DNA from: Candidatus Levyibacteriota bacterium
Lineage (GTDB): Bacteria > Patescibacteriota > Microgenomatia > Levybacterales > UBA12049
Reading direction: 5' to 3'
DNA length: 64,000 bases
Assembly (NCBI GenBank): GCA_016432345.1
Contig: CP066685.1
Span: forward strand, 304,236-368,235
In this document: positions 28,315 to 38,150 of the stretch, piece after piece
Numbering within the stretch: the stretch's first letter is position 1
Layout of the letters: each line of letters starts with the position of its first letter
Program-made: the position numbers and the translations under genes
Notes under the pieces: generated by a model
The model's database searches: none
What the model was told of the DNA's origin: nothing
What the model saw: the letters and a program-made list of their open reading frames with translations, nothing else

Positions 28315-29652
28315 ATGCAAAGAGTTCTTATTGCGGAAACTGTTGGTTATATAGATAGGGAAGTTTTAATTAAGGGTTGGATAAAAACCAGACGGGACCA
28401 TGGGAAGCTAATTTTTTTGGATGTTAGAGATAGGTCTGGAATTGTTCAAGTAGTTATAAATCCTCATGTTTCTCAAAATGCGTATGAGCAAGGACAAAAA
28501 CTGCGGTCGGAGTTTGTGGTTGAAATTATTGGAAAAGTTAACAAACGACCGGAAAAACTCGTTAACCCAAAGCTCGAAACAGGCACTGTCGAAATTGAAG
28601 CAACTGCGATAGCCATTCTGGCAGAAGCAGATGTCTTGCCTTTTGACTTAGATCAGCAAGAATTAAATTTAGAATTGCCAACACTGTTGGATTTTAGATC
28701 ATTAACTTTACGCCATCCCAAGCAGCAGGCGATTTTTGCCGTGCAGGCGGCGCTTGCTGCAGGGTTTAGAAAAGCAGCAGAACAACTTGGTTGTACCGAA
28801 ATTGTGGTACCAACAATTGCTATTTCTTCAACAGAAGGAGGAGCCGAAGTTTTTGCAGTTGATTATTATGGACATAAAGCATTTATGACCCAAAGCCCGC
28901 AATTATACAAACAAATGATGGTGCCAATCTTTGAGCGGGTTTGGACAATTGCCCATGCATATCGCGCTGAGCCATCAGTTACTACAAGACATTTGGCAGA
29001 AACTACACAGCTTGATTGCGAGCTGGGATTTGTAAATTTTGAAGAATTGTTAGATAGTTTGGAGCAAGTCGGGATGGAAATGGTTAGTTATGCCCAAAGT
29101 AAGTGCCAAGATATTTTTACAACATACAATTTGGAAAAAGTGCCTTCTGGCAAAATTCCAAGACTTACTCTACGGGAAGCGCAAGAGGTGATTTTTAAAG
29201 AATTTGGCCGAGACGGAAGAAAAGAAAAAGACTTAGCGCCGCAGGACGAAGTGGATATTTGCAAATGGGTCAAAGAAAAACATCATAGCGATTTTGTAAC
29301 AATTACCCATTTTCCAACAAAAGCCAAACCGTTTTATACCATGCCAGATCCTAAGAATCCAGAATACTCATTAAGTTATGATTTGTTATTTCGAGGCGTT
29401 GAGGTGTTAAGCGGTAGTCAGCGAATTAACGATTATGAGATGCTGGTTGCATCTATTAAAAACCGTGGCATGAATACCAAAGATTTTACCATGTATTTGC
29501 AGGCATTTAAATATGGTATGCCGCCTGAAGGAGGATTTTCGTTTGGACTGGAACGAATGACTATGAAAATTTTTGGGCTCTCAAATGTTAGGGAAGCAAG
29601 TCTTTTTCCAAGAGATATGGAACGAATTGATGAGAGATTATCGCGCATTTGA
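28315..29652 (+). CDS. aspS: Aspartate--tRNA ligase, short archaeal/eukaryotic-type (probably non-discriminating)
   Basis: RDHGKLIFLDVRDRSG, QSPQLYKQ, YRAEPS, SGSQR, GMPPEGGF, FPRD. Confidence 0.93.
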   Translation: MQRVLIAETVGYIDREVLIKGWIKTRRDHGKLIFLDVRDRSGIVQVVINPHVSQNAYEQGQKLRSEFVVEIIGKVNKRPEKLVNPKLETGTVEIEATAIAILAEADVLPFDLDQQELNLELPTLLDFRSLTLRHPKQQAIFAVQAALAAGFRKAAEQLGCTEIVVPTIAISSTEGGAEVFAVDYYGHKAFMTQSPQLYKQMMVPIFERVWTIAHAYRAEPSVTTRHLAETTQLDCELGFVNFEELLDSLEQVGMEMVSYAQSKCQDIFTTYNLEKVPSGKIPRLTLREAQEVIFKEFGRDGRKEKDLAPQDEVDICKWVKEKHHSDFVTITHFPTKAKPFYTMPDPKNPEYSLSYDLLFRGVEVLSGSQRINDYEMLVASIKNRGMNTKDFTMYLQAFKYGMPPEGGFSFGLERMTMKIFGLSNVREASLFPRDMERIDERLSRI

Positions 29653-30598
29653 GAAAAAACTGTTAACTTTTGCAACTAGAAAAAACGCCAAAATTGCCTG
29701 CGTTTGTTTTGTTTTTTCGTTTTTGTATACGGGCATCATAATTGTTGATCAAAAAATTATCCAAGACACAGCAAGAGCAAAAATTATACCTCTTCCTTTT
29801 GTTATTTCTAAACCAGCAGAGTATCCTTTTATTTCGGCTGTTTTGGGAGAAAAAAGTATGTCGTTTCCTATTACAGCCCAAGCAGCAATAATTATGGATA
29901 ATGATTCAAAGGTTATTCTTTACGCCAAAAATGAAAATTTTCGTTTTTCCATGGCATCAACAGCAAAAATTATGACAGCATTAGTTGCTATCGAACACTT
30001 TAAATCATCGGATATTTTAATTGTTCAGAATGAAAAGGTTGAAGGCGTAAATGTTGGGTTTACAAAAGGAGAGAAAGTATATTTTAAAGATTTGCTTTAT
30101 GCAATGTTATTGCCATCTGGTAACGATGCGGCAATTGCCATTGCCCAAAACTATCCAGGAGGCGAGGCAGTATTTGTGGAAAAAATGAATGAAAAAGCAA
30201 AGGATTTACACCTTTTTAAAACCCATTATACCGATGCTTCGGGGCTTGATGATAACGGAAACTACACAACTGTTTTAGATTTGGCGCGTCTTGCTTCGTT
30301 TGGACTTAAAAACGAAACGCTTTCTAGTATTGTTGCAACTAAAAAGTATGTGATACGAAGTCTTGATGGAAATGTTTATATATTGAATAATCTTAATAAG
30401 CTGCTTGGCATAGATGGTGTTTACGGCATGAAGACAGGACATACAGAAGGAGCGGGAGATGTGCTTGTAACTATAAAAAAAGAAGGAGAAAAAGCATTTA
30501 TTTTGGTAGTGATGAAAAGTCAGGATCGTTTTGCCGATACTCAAACGCTGCTTTCTCTTATTTCCGGACAGATGCAGTATCAATCCATGCATCCGTAA
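29630..30598 (+). CDS. D-alanyl-D-alanine carboxypeptidase (peptidase S11)
   Basis: STAK, SGN and KTG catalytic motifs; N-terminal TM. Confidence 0.92.
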   Translation: MRDYRAFEKKLLTFATRKNAKIACVCFVFSFLYTGIIIVDQKIIQDTARAKIIPLPFVISKPAEYPFISAVLGEKSMSFPITAQAAIIMDNDSKVILYAKNENFRFSMASTAKIMTALVAIEHFKSSDILIVQNEKVEGVNVGFTKGEKVYFKDLLYAMLLPSGNDAAIAIAQNYPGGEAVFVEKMNEKAKDLHLFKTHYTDASGLDDNGNYTTVLDLARLASFGLKNETLSSIVATKKYVIRSLDGNVYILNNLNKLLGIDGVYGMKTGHTEGAGDVLVTIKKEGEKAFILVVMKSQDRFADTQTLLSLISGQMQYQSMHP

Positions 30599-31622
30599 TG
30601 GCGGGGACGTAGGCGAAGAAGCCATTGTCGCCTTCGAAAACAATAATCGGCATAAGATATGTTTGAGGCGGGTCTCCAAGATAGTAGCCTAATGATACGT
30701 TTTTAATACGAATTATATCTTGATTCCCAAAATAAGAAGCAAGATATGCTTTTTGCTTTTGCAATTCTGCAAATGCTTGATCTGCAGTTTTTATGGGATA
30801 AGTGGCAGATGATGTTTGATTGATTGTTGAGTGATTGAATTTTGCTTCTATGATTTCTTCGTCAAATCTTCCCCCGGTCAGGATAAAATAAATAATTGAT
30901 TGAGGCGGGTTGGGGTAATAGATTGGGATTTGGTTTATGTCTTTTTGGTAAAAATCTACCCTCACAACTTGGGCGGTTGAGGGGCTTGAAGCTTCAACCA
31001 AACGTTGATTTTGTATTGTCAGAAGGGTGGTTTTTGTTTTGGCAATATCGATGTCATTTGGAAAAAGAGACAATCTTGTTAAAAAATTTGTAGCCGAAGT
31101 TTGGGCGCTGGCTTGGTCTGGAACAGGAGTTTTAATAAGAAGGTCTGGATTTAAAAGATAATTTGAAGAAAGCGTAAAGTTATTAGAGACAATATTTAAA
31201 ATCAGTTTTCTAAATGGAGAGGCTGTTTCTGTCCAGATGTAGGTGTTTTCGGAAAGTGGATAGGGAGAATTGTTAAAACCAATCGCCTCAACTTTTTTTT
31301 GAGCGTTTTGAAGCCCAAGAAGGTTTGGTTGAGATTCATCAATAGAATACACAGTTGTTCTGTCTGGGAAGTTGGGGAGAGTGCCGGTTATGGTATCAAG
31401 AGAATATAAAAGTTTTTTGTCGGTGCTGTTATTAGGAAAGATAAGGCTTGGTAATTTACCAAAGGCTACAGTTGGGGGAGCGGGAGGGGTGGGGTAAAAA
31501 TACTCTTTTATAGTGGTTCCAAATCTAACCACAAAAAAAAGAAGAATAAGAGCAAAAACAGTAATAACAGCCCATTTTGTGATTTGTTTTGTTTCCTCTG
31601 TGACTGCGTGAAGCGTAGGCAT
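30558..31622 (-). CDS. Hypothetical membrane-anchored protein
   Basis: 354-aa ORF, N-terminal TM, PPAPPTVAFGKLP motif. Confidence 0.8.
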   Translation of the reverse strand: MPTLHAVTEETKQITKWAVITVFALILLFFVVRFGTTIKEYFYPTPPAPPTVAFGKLPSLIFPNNSTDKKLLYSLDTITGTLPNFPDRTTVYSIDESQPNLLGLQNAQKKVEAIGFNNSPYPLSENTYIWTETASPFRKLILNIVSNNFTLSSNYLLNPDLLIKTPVPDQASAQTSATNFLTRLSLFPNDIDIAKTKTTLLTIQNQRLVEASSPSTAQVVRVDFYQKDINQIPIYYPNPPQSIIYFILTGGRFDEEIIEAKFNHSTINQTSSATYPIKTADQAFAELQKQKAYLASYFGNQDIIRIKNVSLGYYLGDPPQTYLMPIIVFEGDNGFFAYVPAITDAWIDTASVRK

Positions 31623-31664
31623 GCTGTATTGAGTATAGAAGATGGCTTATGATAAAATCAAGGT

Positions 31665-32903
31665 GTGAGACAAGTTCGAGTTCGCATTGCCCCGAGTCCA
31701 ACAGGCATTCCTCATATTGGCAATACCAGAACCGCGCTTTTTAATTATTTGTTTGCCAAGCATCATAAAGGTAAATTTATTTTACGTATTGAAGATACAG
31801 ACCGTGTTAGACTTGTGCCTGGCAGCGAAAATGCAATTAAAGAGATTTTTAGTTGGTTAGGGATACATTGGGATGAAGAGTATAAGCAATCAGATCGGAT
31901 TTTAATATACAAAGAATACGTACAAAAACTTAAAGAAAAAGAATTAGCATACGAAGATAATGGCGCAGTTAGATTCCGGATGCCAAAAGAAGGAGTAAAC
32001 GAATGGGAAGATGCCATAGGCAGCAAGAAAATTTTGTTTCAAAATAAAGACCAGGAAGATTTTGTTATTTTAAAGTCGGATGGTTTTCCCACATATAATT
32101 TTGCCAATGTGATTGACGATCATCTGATGGAAATAACTCATGTAATTAGAGGTGATGAATTTATTTCCTCAACTCCTAAGCATATCCAGCTTTATAAAGC
32201 TTTCGGTTGGGATCAGCCGGTTTTTGCCCATTTGCCAGTGATATTAGGTCCAGATCATCAAAAACTTTCAAAGCGGCATGGGGCAAAGTCGGCGCTTGAT
32301 TACCGCGACGAAGGGTATTTAAAAGAAGCGCTGCTTAATTATATGGTTTTGTTGGGTTGGAATCCTGGAAGCGATCAAGAAATTATGTCTTTAGATGAAA
32401 TGATCACTCTTTTTGATTTGCCGGGTGTTAACACGGCCAGTCCGATTTTTGATGTAAAAAAGCTATTGTGGATGAATGGAATATACATACGAAAATCTCA
32501 AATATCAAATCTCAAATCTCAAATAATATCTCAAAACTCAAAACTTAAAAATGTAGATGATGCGTTGTTGGATAAACTTATTCCTCTTGCGCAGACGAGA
32601 ATGAATACGCTGAATGATTTTTATACACTTACCCGACATTTTTTTGAAGAACCAAAAGTAGTTCTTGATGAAAAGGAAAAAGAAACTGCTCAAAAACTTT
32701 ATAATGCTTTTTTAACAATGAAACTTTGGGATAATGAAACAATTTTGTCATCATTAAAAAATGTTATTCATAAAGAAGGTATTCGTATGCCTATTTTATA
32801 TAAGATACTTACAGGCGCCCCAAGCGGTTTGCCATTGCCAGAATCCTTAACGATTTTAAGCAGAGAAAAGACGATAAAGAGGCTTAAAAAATTACTTACA
32901 TGA
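31665..32903 (+). CDS. gltX: Glutamate--tRNA ligase
   Basis: RIAPSPTG, HIGN, LRIEDTD, THVIRG, KLSKR; GTG start. Confidence 0.96.
   Translation: MRQVRVRIAPSPTGIPHIGNTRTALFNYLFAKHHKGKFILRIEDTDRVRLVPGSENAIKEIFSWLGIHWDEEYKQSDRILIYKEYVQKLKEKELAYEDNGAVRFRMPKEGVNEWEDAIGSKKILFQNKDQEDFVILKSDGFPTYNFANVIDDHLMEITHVIRGDEFISSTPKHIQLYKAFGWDQPVFAHLPVILGPDHQKLSKRHGAKSALDYRDEGYLKEALLNYMVLLGWNPGSDQEIMSLDEMITLFDLPGVNTASPIFDVKKLLWMNGIYIRKSQISNLKSQIISQNSKLKNVDDALLDKLIPLAQTRMNTLNDFYTLTRHFFEEPKVVLDEKEKETAQKLYNAFLTMKLWDNETILSSLKNVIHKEGIRMPILYKILTGAPSGLPLPESLTILSREKTIKRLKKLLT
32493..32546 (+). repeat. In-gene heptamer array AAATCTC-type x4, 5-nt spacer, 3 variant units
   Basis: Read directly; encodes KSQISNLKSQIISQNSKL. 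Confidence 0.93.
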
Positions 32904-33490
32904 AATATTTTGCAGAAATTATATCGTTTATTTTTCATCCGGTGATTTTTTTTCTGATCATGCCAATTCTTATTGTTTCGCGATATAGCCAAAACTCAAT
33001 GTCTGTACTTAAATGGGAAGCGTTTTCTGCCTTGTTTGTGGCAATTGCAGTAACCATTGTTCTTATTGGCAGGAGAAGAGGAATTTTTTCCGATTGCGAT
33101 TTATCTAAAAAAGAAGAGCGGTATGAATTTTATTTTCTTATTCTTATCTTTGGCGTCATCTACATAGCCGTTTCACTTTTCTTCAAAGGAATTTTCTACC
33201 CAATGTCAATTATTGCAGTCGGTATTGTTTTTGGTATTGGTATTTTTGATTTTCTAAACCGTTTTGTCAAAACAAGCAACCACGTTGCAGTTGCATCTGC
33301 ATTTACAACGGCCATTTTTATTCTCTACGGTGTTTATTCTTTTCTTATAGTATCATGGATTGTTCCATTGCTTGCTTGGGCAAGGCTTAGACTTCGAAAA
33401 CATACCATAAACGAAGCAATTATTGGCGTTATTCTTGGAATAGGTATTGCCTTATTGACATTTTTTGTAGGAAGGTATATGTATAAATAA
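32900..33490 (+). CDS. PAP2-like integral membrane protein
   Basis: KTSNH and WARLRLRKHT motifs, multi-TM. Confidence 0.7.
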   Translation: MKYFAEIISFIFHPVIFFLIMPILIVSRYSQNSMSVLKWEAFSALFVAIAVTIVLIGRRRGIFSDCDLSKKEERYEFYFLILIFGVIYIAVSLFFKGIFYPMSIIAVGIVFGIGIFDFLNRFVKTSNHVAVASAFTTAIFILYGVYSFLIVSWIVPLLAWARLRLRKHTINEAIIGVILGIGIALLTFFVGRYMYK

Positions 33491-33495
33491 TCCAT

Positions 33496-33864
33496 ATGGT
33501 AGATTTTAAGAGATTATTGTTGTCATTTAAGTACGCATTCGAAGGTATAACTTATGCTTTTGTCCACGATCAAAATTTACGAATCCATATCTTGGTAACA
33601 TTATTTGTTTTAACTGCTGGAATTTTTTATAAATTGAGCGGATTTGAGATGTGGATATTGGGGATAATGATTCTTTTTGTTGTAATGGCAGAAATGCTCA
33701 ACACAGCCATAGAGCAAATGGTAAACCTAATTAGCCTTGAGCATAAAAAAGAAGCAAAAATAGCCAAAGATGTTTCTGCAGGGATGGTCTTTTTTACTGT
33801 CATAGCTGCAATTATAGTTGGTCTTCTTATTTTTCTTCCTCATATATTTATAAATCCATCTTGA
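33496..33864 (+). CDS. Diacylglycerol/undecaprenol kinase (DgkA family)
   Basis: SFKYAFEG, NLRIH, EMLNTAIE, AKDVSAG. Confidence 0.92.
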   Translation: MVDFKRLLLSFKYAFEGITYAFVHDQNLRIHILVTLFVLTAGIFYKLSGFEMWILGIMILFVVMAEMLNTAIEQMVNLISLEHKKEAKIAKDVSAGMVFFTVIAAIIVGLLIFLPHIFINPS

Positions 33865-33922
33865 CTTCTGATAAATTCTATGAGTACACTCAAGATAGGT
33901 TTTGAGGAAAGGAGGTGATTAC

Positions 33923-34135
33923 ATGAAAGCATTACACATAGTTGCTTTTACATTAGTTGTTGTTGGTGCTCTTAATTGGGGTTTGTGGGGACTTTTAGAT
34001 TTTAATTTGGTAACAGCAATTTTTGGCACAATTCCAGGGGTTGAGAAGTTAGTATATATCTTGGTTGGCGCATCGGGTGTTGTTTTGTTGGCAACACATA
34101 TGCAAGATTGCAAAGCGTGCGCATCGAAAAAATAA
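33923..34135 (+). CDS. DUF378 family small membrane protein
   Basis: VVGALNWGLWG...VYILVG; AAGGAGGTGA SD. Confidence 0.9.
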   Translation: MKALHIVAFTLVVVGALNWGLWGLLDFNLVTAIFGTIPGVEKLVYILVGASGVVLLATHMQDCKACASKK

Positions 34136-34157
34136 GTTTAGGTTTTATACTATCCTG

Positions 34158-34189
34158 CTCGTCCCGATTCGGTCGGGACGAGTTTATTT
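34158..34189 (+). terminator. Rho-independent terminator between convergent genes
   Basis: CTCGTCCCGA-TTCGG-TCGGGACGAG followed by TTTATTT. Confidence 0.75.
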
Positions 34190-34934
34190 AGTAGCGAGAC
34201 TGCAAAAAACCTTCGATAGTATTGTTTTCTTGATAACTTTCTGTAACAAAATAAATAGTGTTTTTGGGGTCTTTTTGGAAATTAATTACAGCACCATCAC
34301 CATTTAATAATATGTTTTGCAAAGGAGTATTATATATATTTTGCACAGCATTATCTTTGTTTTTTTGGTTTGATTGCATAATATATCGTTTGCCTCTTAT
34401 TTGCACCCCAAAGCTCTCAACAGAATAGCCAAGAAGTTGTAAATTTGGCGCAATTTGGTTTTGAATAAATAACAAGTTAGAAGTTTTTACGCTAAAGTGT
34501 ATGGTATATTCTTTCTGTAAACCCAAACCCCCATCCATGCCTCGCGTAAATACTTTTCGTTCTATATTGTGAGTTGCTTTTTCAAGCGGGTACCAAAGTG
34601 AAAGACTTTCAGTTACTGCTCGTACAACAAAAAAAACACTAAAAAGTAAAGCAATTGTACCTACTAAAAATATTCGCCACCAAGAAAATCTTTTTAAAGA
34701 AGCTTTAAACAAAAAAGAAATGACGTACATTGGTAAGAAAAAAATTGCCAAATTAATAATAATGTTTTTCATAGACATGCCAAATTCTTGGGCTATCACT
34801 TGCGCATAGGAAGTGGCTGTATACTGCGGTTTTGGGAAATACCATCCCTGCCAGGCAATAAAAATAGATGTTAACAAAACAATATAGGCAATTATTGTTA
34901 TAATTTTTACAGCAAGACTCTGTTTTTCAAACAT
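34188..34934 (-). CDS. Hypothetical membrane protein
   Basis: 248-aa ORF with three N-terminal TMs. Confidence 0.7.
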   Translation of the reverse strand: MFEKQSLAVKIITIIAYIVLLTSIFIAWQGWYFPKPQYTATSYAQVIAQEFGMSMKNIIINLAIFFLPMYVISFLFKASLKRFSWWRIFLVGTIALLFSVFFVVRAVTESLSLWYPLEKATHNIERKVFTRGMDGGLGLQKEYTIHFSVKTSNLLFIQNQIAPNLQLLGYSVESFGVQIRGKRYIMQSNQKNKDNAVQNIYNTPLQNILLNGDGAVINFQKDPKNTIYFVTESYQENNTIEGFLQSRY

Positions 34935-34952
34935 AGCTTACTATATTGTAGC

Positions 34953-35102
34953 TTAAGATGAAGATATTTGAAGAAGATATGTAGCAATTGCTGCCACAGC
35001 CAAAAGAGGCAATAGCCATTGTAAATTAGGATGTTTTACAAATAAAGCATCTGATGATGATTTATTTTTGCTTATAGATTTTTTAATTTTTTTCTTAGCC
35101 AT
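34953..35102 (-). CDS. Small basic single-TM hypothetical protein
   Basis: MAKKKIKK...WLLPLLAVAAIATYLL; start reset to ATG 35102. Confidence 0.6.
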   Translation of the reverse strand: MAKKKIKKSISKNKSSSDALFVKHPNLQWLLPLLAVAAIATYLLQISSS

Positions 35103-35217
35103 ATATTTAGTATTAAATAAAGTGTTTGTTCTTGTCAAGACCCTATAGTTAAATAGGGATACGAAATAAAATTCTTCTTGCAATTGCCATAGTATATATA
35201 TTACGCTCTAAATATAC

Positions 35218-35937
35218 ATGGGAAACCGATCTCATTCTAAAAAACATCATCAAAGAAAAACTATTCGGTTTTATCTAAGAATTTATTTTTTATCTTTTTT
35301 TGTTGGACTAACTGTGTTTATTTTGGGTACCTATTTTGTAAAGCCAAATCCACCCTGCGCTAATTCTATTTCTTGTCAAAGCTCCTTGTCAGAAAAAATA
35401 GAAAACGGCGCTGTTGGTATGTTCCAGGGGCACAAAATTGTTGCGCCAACAGTAGATACTGCGTACGATACGGCAATATCTGTAGTTTTGGGTACAAAAG
35501 ACACAAATGAAAAAAAACATATTTATATTGATTTGGAAAAACAAACACTCTATGCTTACGAAGGAAATAATAAAGTTTTTCAAACACTGATTGCGTCTGG
35601 TAGATGGGGAAGAACTCCTACTGGTAATTTTAACATCTGGCAAAAACTGCGAGCAACGCGCATGTCAGGCGGAAGTGGCGCTGATGCATACGATTTACCC
35701 AATGTGCCATATGTGATGTATTTTTATCATGATTTTGGTTTGCATGGAGCATATTGGCATAATAATTTTGGCCATACCATGAGTCATGGCTGTGTAAATA
35801 TGCGGCCAGTTGATGCCAAAGCATTATTTGAATGGGCAGATGGGCCAGAAAATAGCAAGCTGGGGACGCCAGTGTCGGTTTGTAATCAGTTTATCGGACC
35901 AGACAAATGCGTGCAGGAAAATCCAATACAATCATAA
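35218..35937 (+). CDS. L,D-transpeptidase (YkuD family)
   Basis: IYIDLEKQTL, TPTG, LHGAYWHN, SHGCVN. Confidence 0.92.
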   Translation: MGNRSHSKKHHQRKTIRFYLRIYFLSFFVGLTVFILGTYFVKPNPPCANSISCQSSLSEKIENGAVGMFQGHKIVAPTVDTAYDTAISVVLGTKDTNEKKHIYIDLEKQTLYAYEGNNKVFQTLIASGRWGRTPTGNFNIWQKLRATRMSGGSGADAYDLPNVPYVMYFYHDFGLHGAYWHNNFGHTMSHGCVNMRPVDAKALFEWADGPENSKLGTPVSVCNQFIGPDKCVQENPIQS

Positions 35938-35938
35938 T

Positions 35939-36577
35939 ATGACAACACGACATAAAATAGAGCTTGAGACAATATCTTTTGTTTTTTTGGCAGCATTTTT
36001 AAGCAGCGTTGTTGTTTGGCAAAGTAATAAAAGTCTAAAAGATTGGTTTTATACATCGCTTCCTTTTAATGCGTCAAATAAAACAGATACTGTTGTTACG
36101 CCTGTGCCAGGTCCAAAAGTTGACATTGCATCACAAACTTCTCCTGATGGGGTAAAATTGCTTACTATGAAAAAAACCCACAATTCTGACTCGACTTTTA
36201 CTTATGTGTTTACAACATCCGACCAATCAGGTTCTAATCAAAAACAAATATACACCGTAAAAGCAGCAGAACCACAAACGTTTGGTGTGCCATATAATGC
36301 TTGGTCTCCAGATAACAAATATGTATTTATTCAAAAAAATGGAAGAGATGCTCTTATTTTTAAAGCAAATGGAGAAGAAATAGGTCCAAATCAAATGTAT
36401 TTTGATGTTGAAGATAATTTTGTGCAAAAAGGGATAAAAAATAAACTTTCAGAAGTAACAGGTTGGGCTTCCGAAACTCTTGTAATCGCTAATACATTTA
36501 CACCCGAAAATAACAAAATTTCGTATTGGTTTGAAGTACCAAGCAAAGCAATTATCCAACTTTCTTCTCAATTTTAA
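35939..36577 (+). CDS. Hypothetical membrane-anchored protein with beta-propeller-like SPD motifs
   Basis: SPDG and WSPDNKY motifs; start reset to ATG 35939. Confidence 0.7.
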   Translation: MTTRHKIELETISFVFLAAFLSSVVVWQSNKSLKDWFYTSLPFNASNKTDTVVTPVPGPKVDIASQTSPDGVKLLTMKKTHNSDSTFTYVFTTSDQSGSNQKQIYTVKAAEPQTFGVPYNAWSPDNKYVFIQKNGRDALIFKANGEEIGPNQMYFDVEDNFVQKGIKNKLSEVTGWASETLVIANTFTPENNKISYWFEVPSKAIIQLSSQF

Positions 36578-36579
36578 AT

Positions 36580-36744
36580 ATGGACAAAGACAATCAACTT
36601 CATAAAAAAGCATTAATGCTGGAATATTTTACCATTGGCCGTTTACAGAAAATGTTGAATTTCAATGTGTTAGCTCGGCCTTCGGCCTCGCTTGCTCCGG
36701 CGCGGCACCCCGACCCGCCGCGCCTCCGAAACTTATGTGTTTAA
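36580..36744 (+). pseudogene. Probable truncated gene fragment joined to GC-rich foreign sequence
   Basis: MDKDNQLHKKALMLEYFTIG resembles a cation-transporter N-terminus, then shifts abruptly to GC-rich, hairpin-forming DNA. Confidence 0.4.
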
Positions 36745-36861
36745 TCTATGTTTGTCGTCTCGAACTACTTTTTATACGATCGGCGGCTGCGGGTTTCGTG
36801 CCTAAATCCTGGATTTTCCGTGCTCGCTGCGGCGAGCCCCCCAAACCTAAATCAAAACTTG

Positions 36862-36932
36862 CTGCCGGGCTTGGATTCGAACCAAAATAAACGGATTCAG
36901 AGTCCGTTGTCCTACCATTAGACGACCCGGCA
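36862..36932 (-). tRNA. tRNA-Gln(CTG), CCA not encoded
   Basis: TGCCGGG/CCCGGCA acceptor stem, ACGGA-CT-CTG-AA-TCCGT anticodon arm, GGTTCGAATCC T-arm. Confidence 0.96.
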
Positions 36933-36977
36933 CTGCGGCTTATTGTATCAAATCATCAGGTATGTTACAAAGTAAAC

Positions 36978-37541
36978 ATGAGAAAGCTAGATAAGCCATT
37001 ATTTTTTTTTGGTATTTTGCTTATTCTTGCTGGTTTGATTTGGAGCGTTGTTGTTCCAGCGCCTACTGTTGTTCAAAAAACGCCGTCTCCGGTTGCAACA
37101 AACTCTGCTGTTTTGGGAGCAAAAAATTACCAGGAAGCAGAGGTCATAAGAGTTGTTGACGGCGATACGATTCATATTCAGTTAGATAATAAAGAAGAGA
37201 TAGTGCGGTTTATTGGGGTAGACGCGCCAGAGGTTGTTGATCCGCGAAAAAAAGCGCAGTGTTTTGGTAAAGAAGCATCAAACTTTACCAAAAATATGCT
37301 AAACGGTAAAAAGATCATACTGGAAGAGGACGCATCACAAGGAAATAGAGATAAATACAATCGGCTTTTACGCTATGTTTTTTTAGAGGATGGCACAAAT
37401 TTTAATAAACTGCTTATCCAGGAAGGCTATGCCCATGAATATACATATCGTTTACCATATAGATATCAAGTAGAATTTAAGGAGGCCCAAAAACAAGCCG
37501 AAAGTCATAAAAAAGGTCTCTGGGCGGATAATGCATGTTAG
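36978..37541 (+). CDS. Thermonuclease (SNase) family protein
   Basis: VVDGDTI, VRFIGVDAPE, RDKYNRLLRY, KGLW. Confidence 0.95.
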   Translation: MRKLDKPLFFFGILLILAGLIWSVVVPAPTVVQKTPSPVATNSAVLGAKNYQEAEVIRVVDGDTIHIQLDNKEEIVRFIGVDAPEVVDPRKKAQCFGKEASNFTKNMLNGKKIILEEDASQGNRDKYNRLLRYVFLEDGTNFNKLLIQEGYAHEYTYRLPYRYQVEFKEAQKQAESHKKGLWADNAC

Positions 37542-38035
37542 GTTGGTTTTACTGCGCCGTTTACAGAAACGTTATTATTTTCTTTAGCTTTCTCAACCTG
37601 GGTTATTTTTTGCTGAATAAAGGAGATGGCGTTTTTAATATCATCTAAATCTTTTTGGATGTCTTCTACTTCCTCTTCTGCTTCTTGTTCTTCTTTTTCT
37701 TCTTCCAATTCTTTGTATGTATCAAGTAATGCTTGTCTATTTTGTGCTATCATGATGAAAGTAGCAAGAAAAATCGCCTCCAGAGAGACGATCATTGTTA
37801 GTAGTCCATAAGGGAAGCGGTCGAATGGATGAATGTATGGTTCAAGTAGTCCATGATTTATGGAAATCCAAAGTCCAAACCATAAGACATGAAAATAGAC
37901 AAAAGGCATGCTGCCAGAGAAGGCAGTAATTAAAGCTGCAAGGGTTCCTTCAAATCCATGCAGTTTTTTTAACAAGGCATCTGGCTTTATTTCGGCAAAA
38001 GCGGTGGTAGTTTTAGTTTCTATTTTTTTGTTCAT
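37538..38035 (-). CDS. DUF1003 family membrane protein
   Basis: FDRFPYGLLTMIVSLEAIFL...QNRQ; coiled-coil tail. Confidence 0.88.
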   Translation of the reverse strand: MNKKIETKTTTAFAEIKPDALLKKLHGFEGTLAALITAFSGSMPFVYFHVLWFGLWISINHGLLEPYIHPFDRFPYGLLTMIVSLEAIFLATFIMIAQNRQALLDTYKELEEEKEEQEAEEEVEDIQKDLDDIKNAISFIQQKITQVEKAKENNNVSVNGAVKPT

Positions 38036-38112
38036 ATGTTTTATTGTAAACCTCGTAATATATTTGTCAATCCTTAATTATTAGTGTATACTAGAGTTGT
38101 ATTTTGATTTGC

Positions 38113-38146
38113 TTGACAACTAGCAGATGTTATGGTAGAGTGCTAA
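38113..38146 (+). promoter_or_regulatory. lon promoter with overlapping CIRCE-like (HrcA) operator
   Basis: TTGACA 38113, 17 bp, TAGAGT 38136; CTAGCAGAT-N9-GAGTGCTAA at 38120-38146. Confidence 0.7.
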
Positions 38147-38150
38147 TAAT

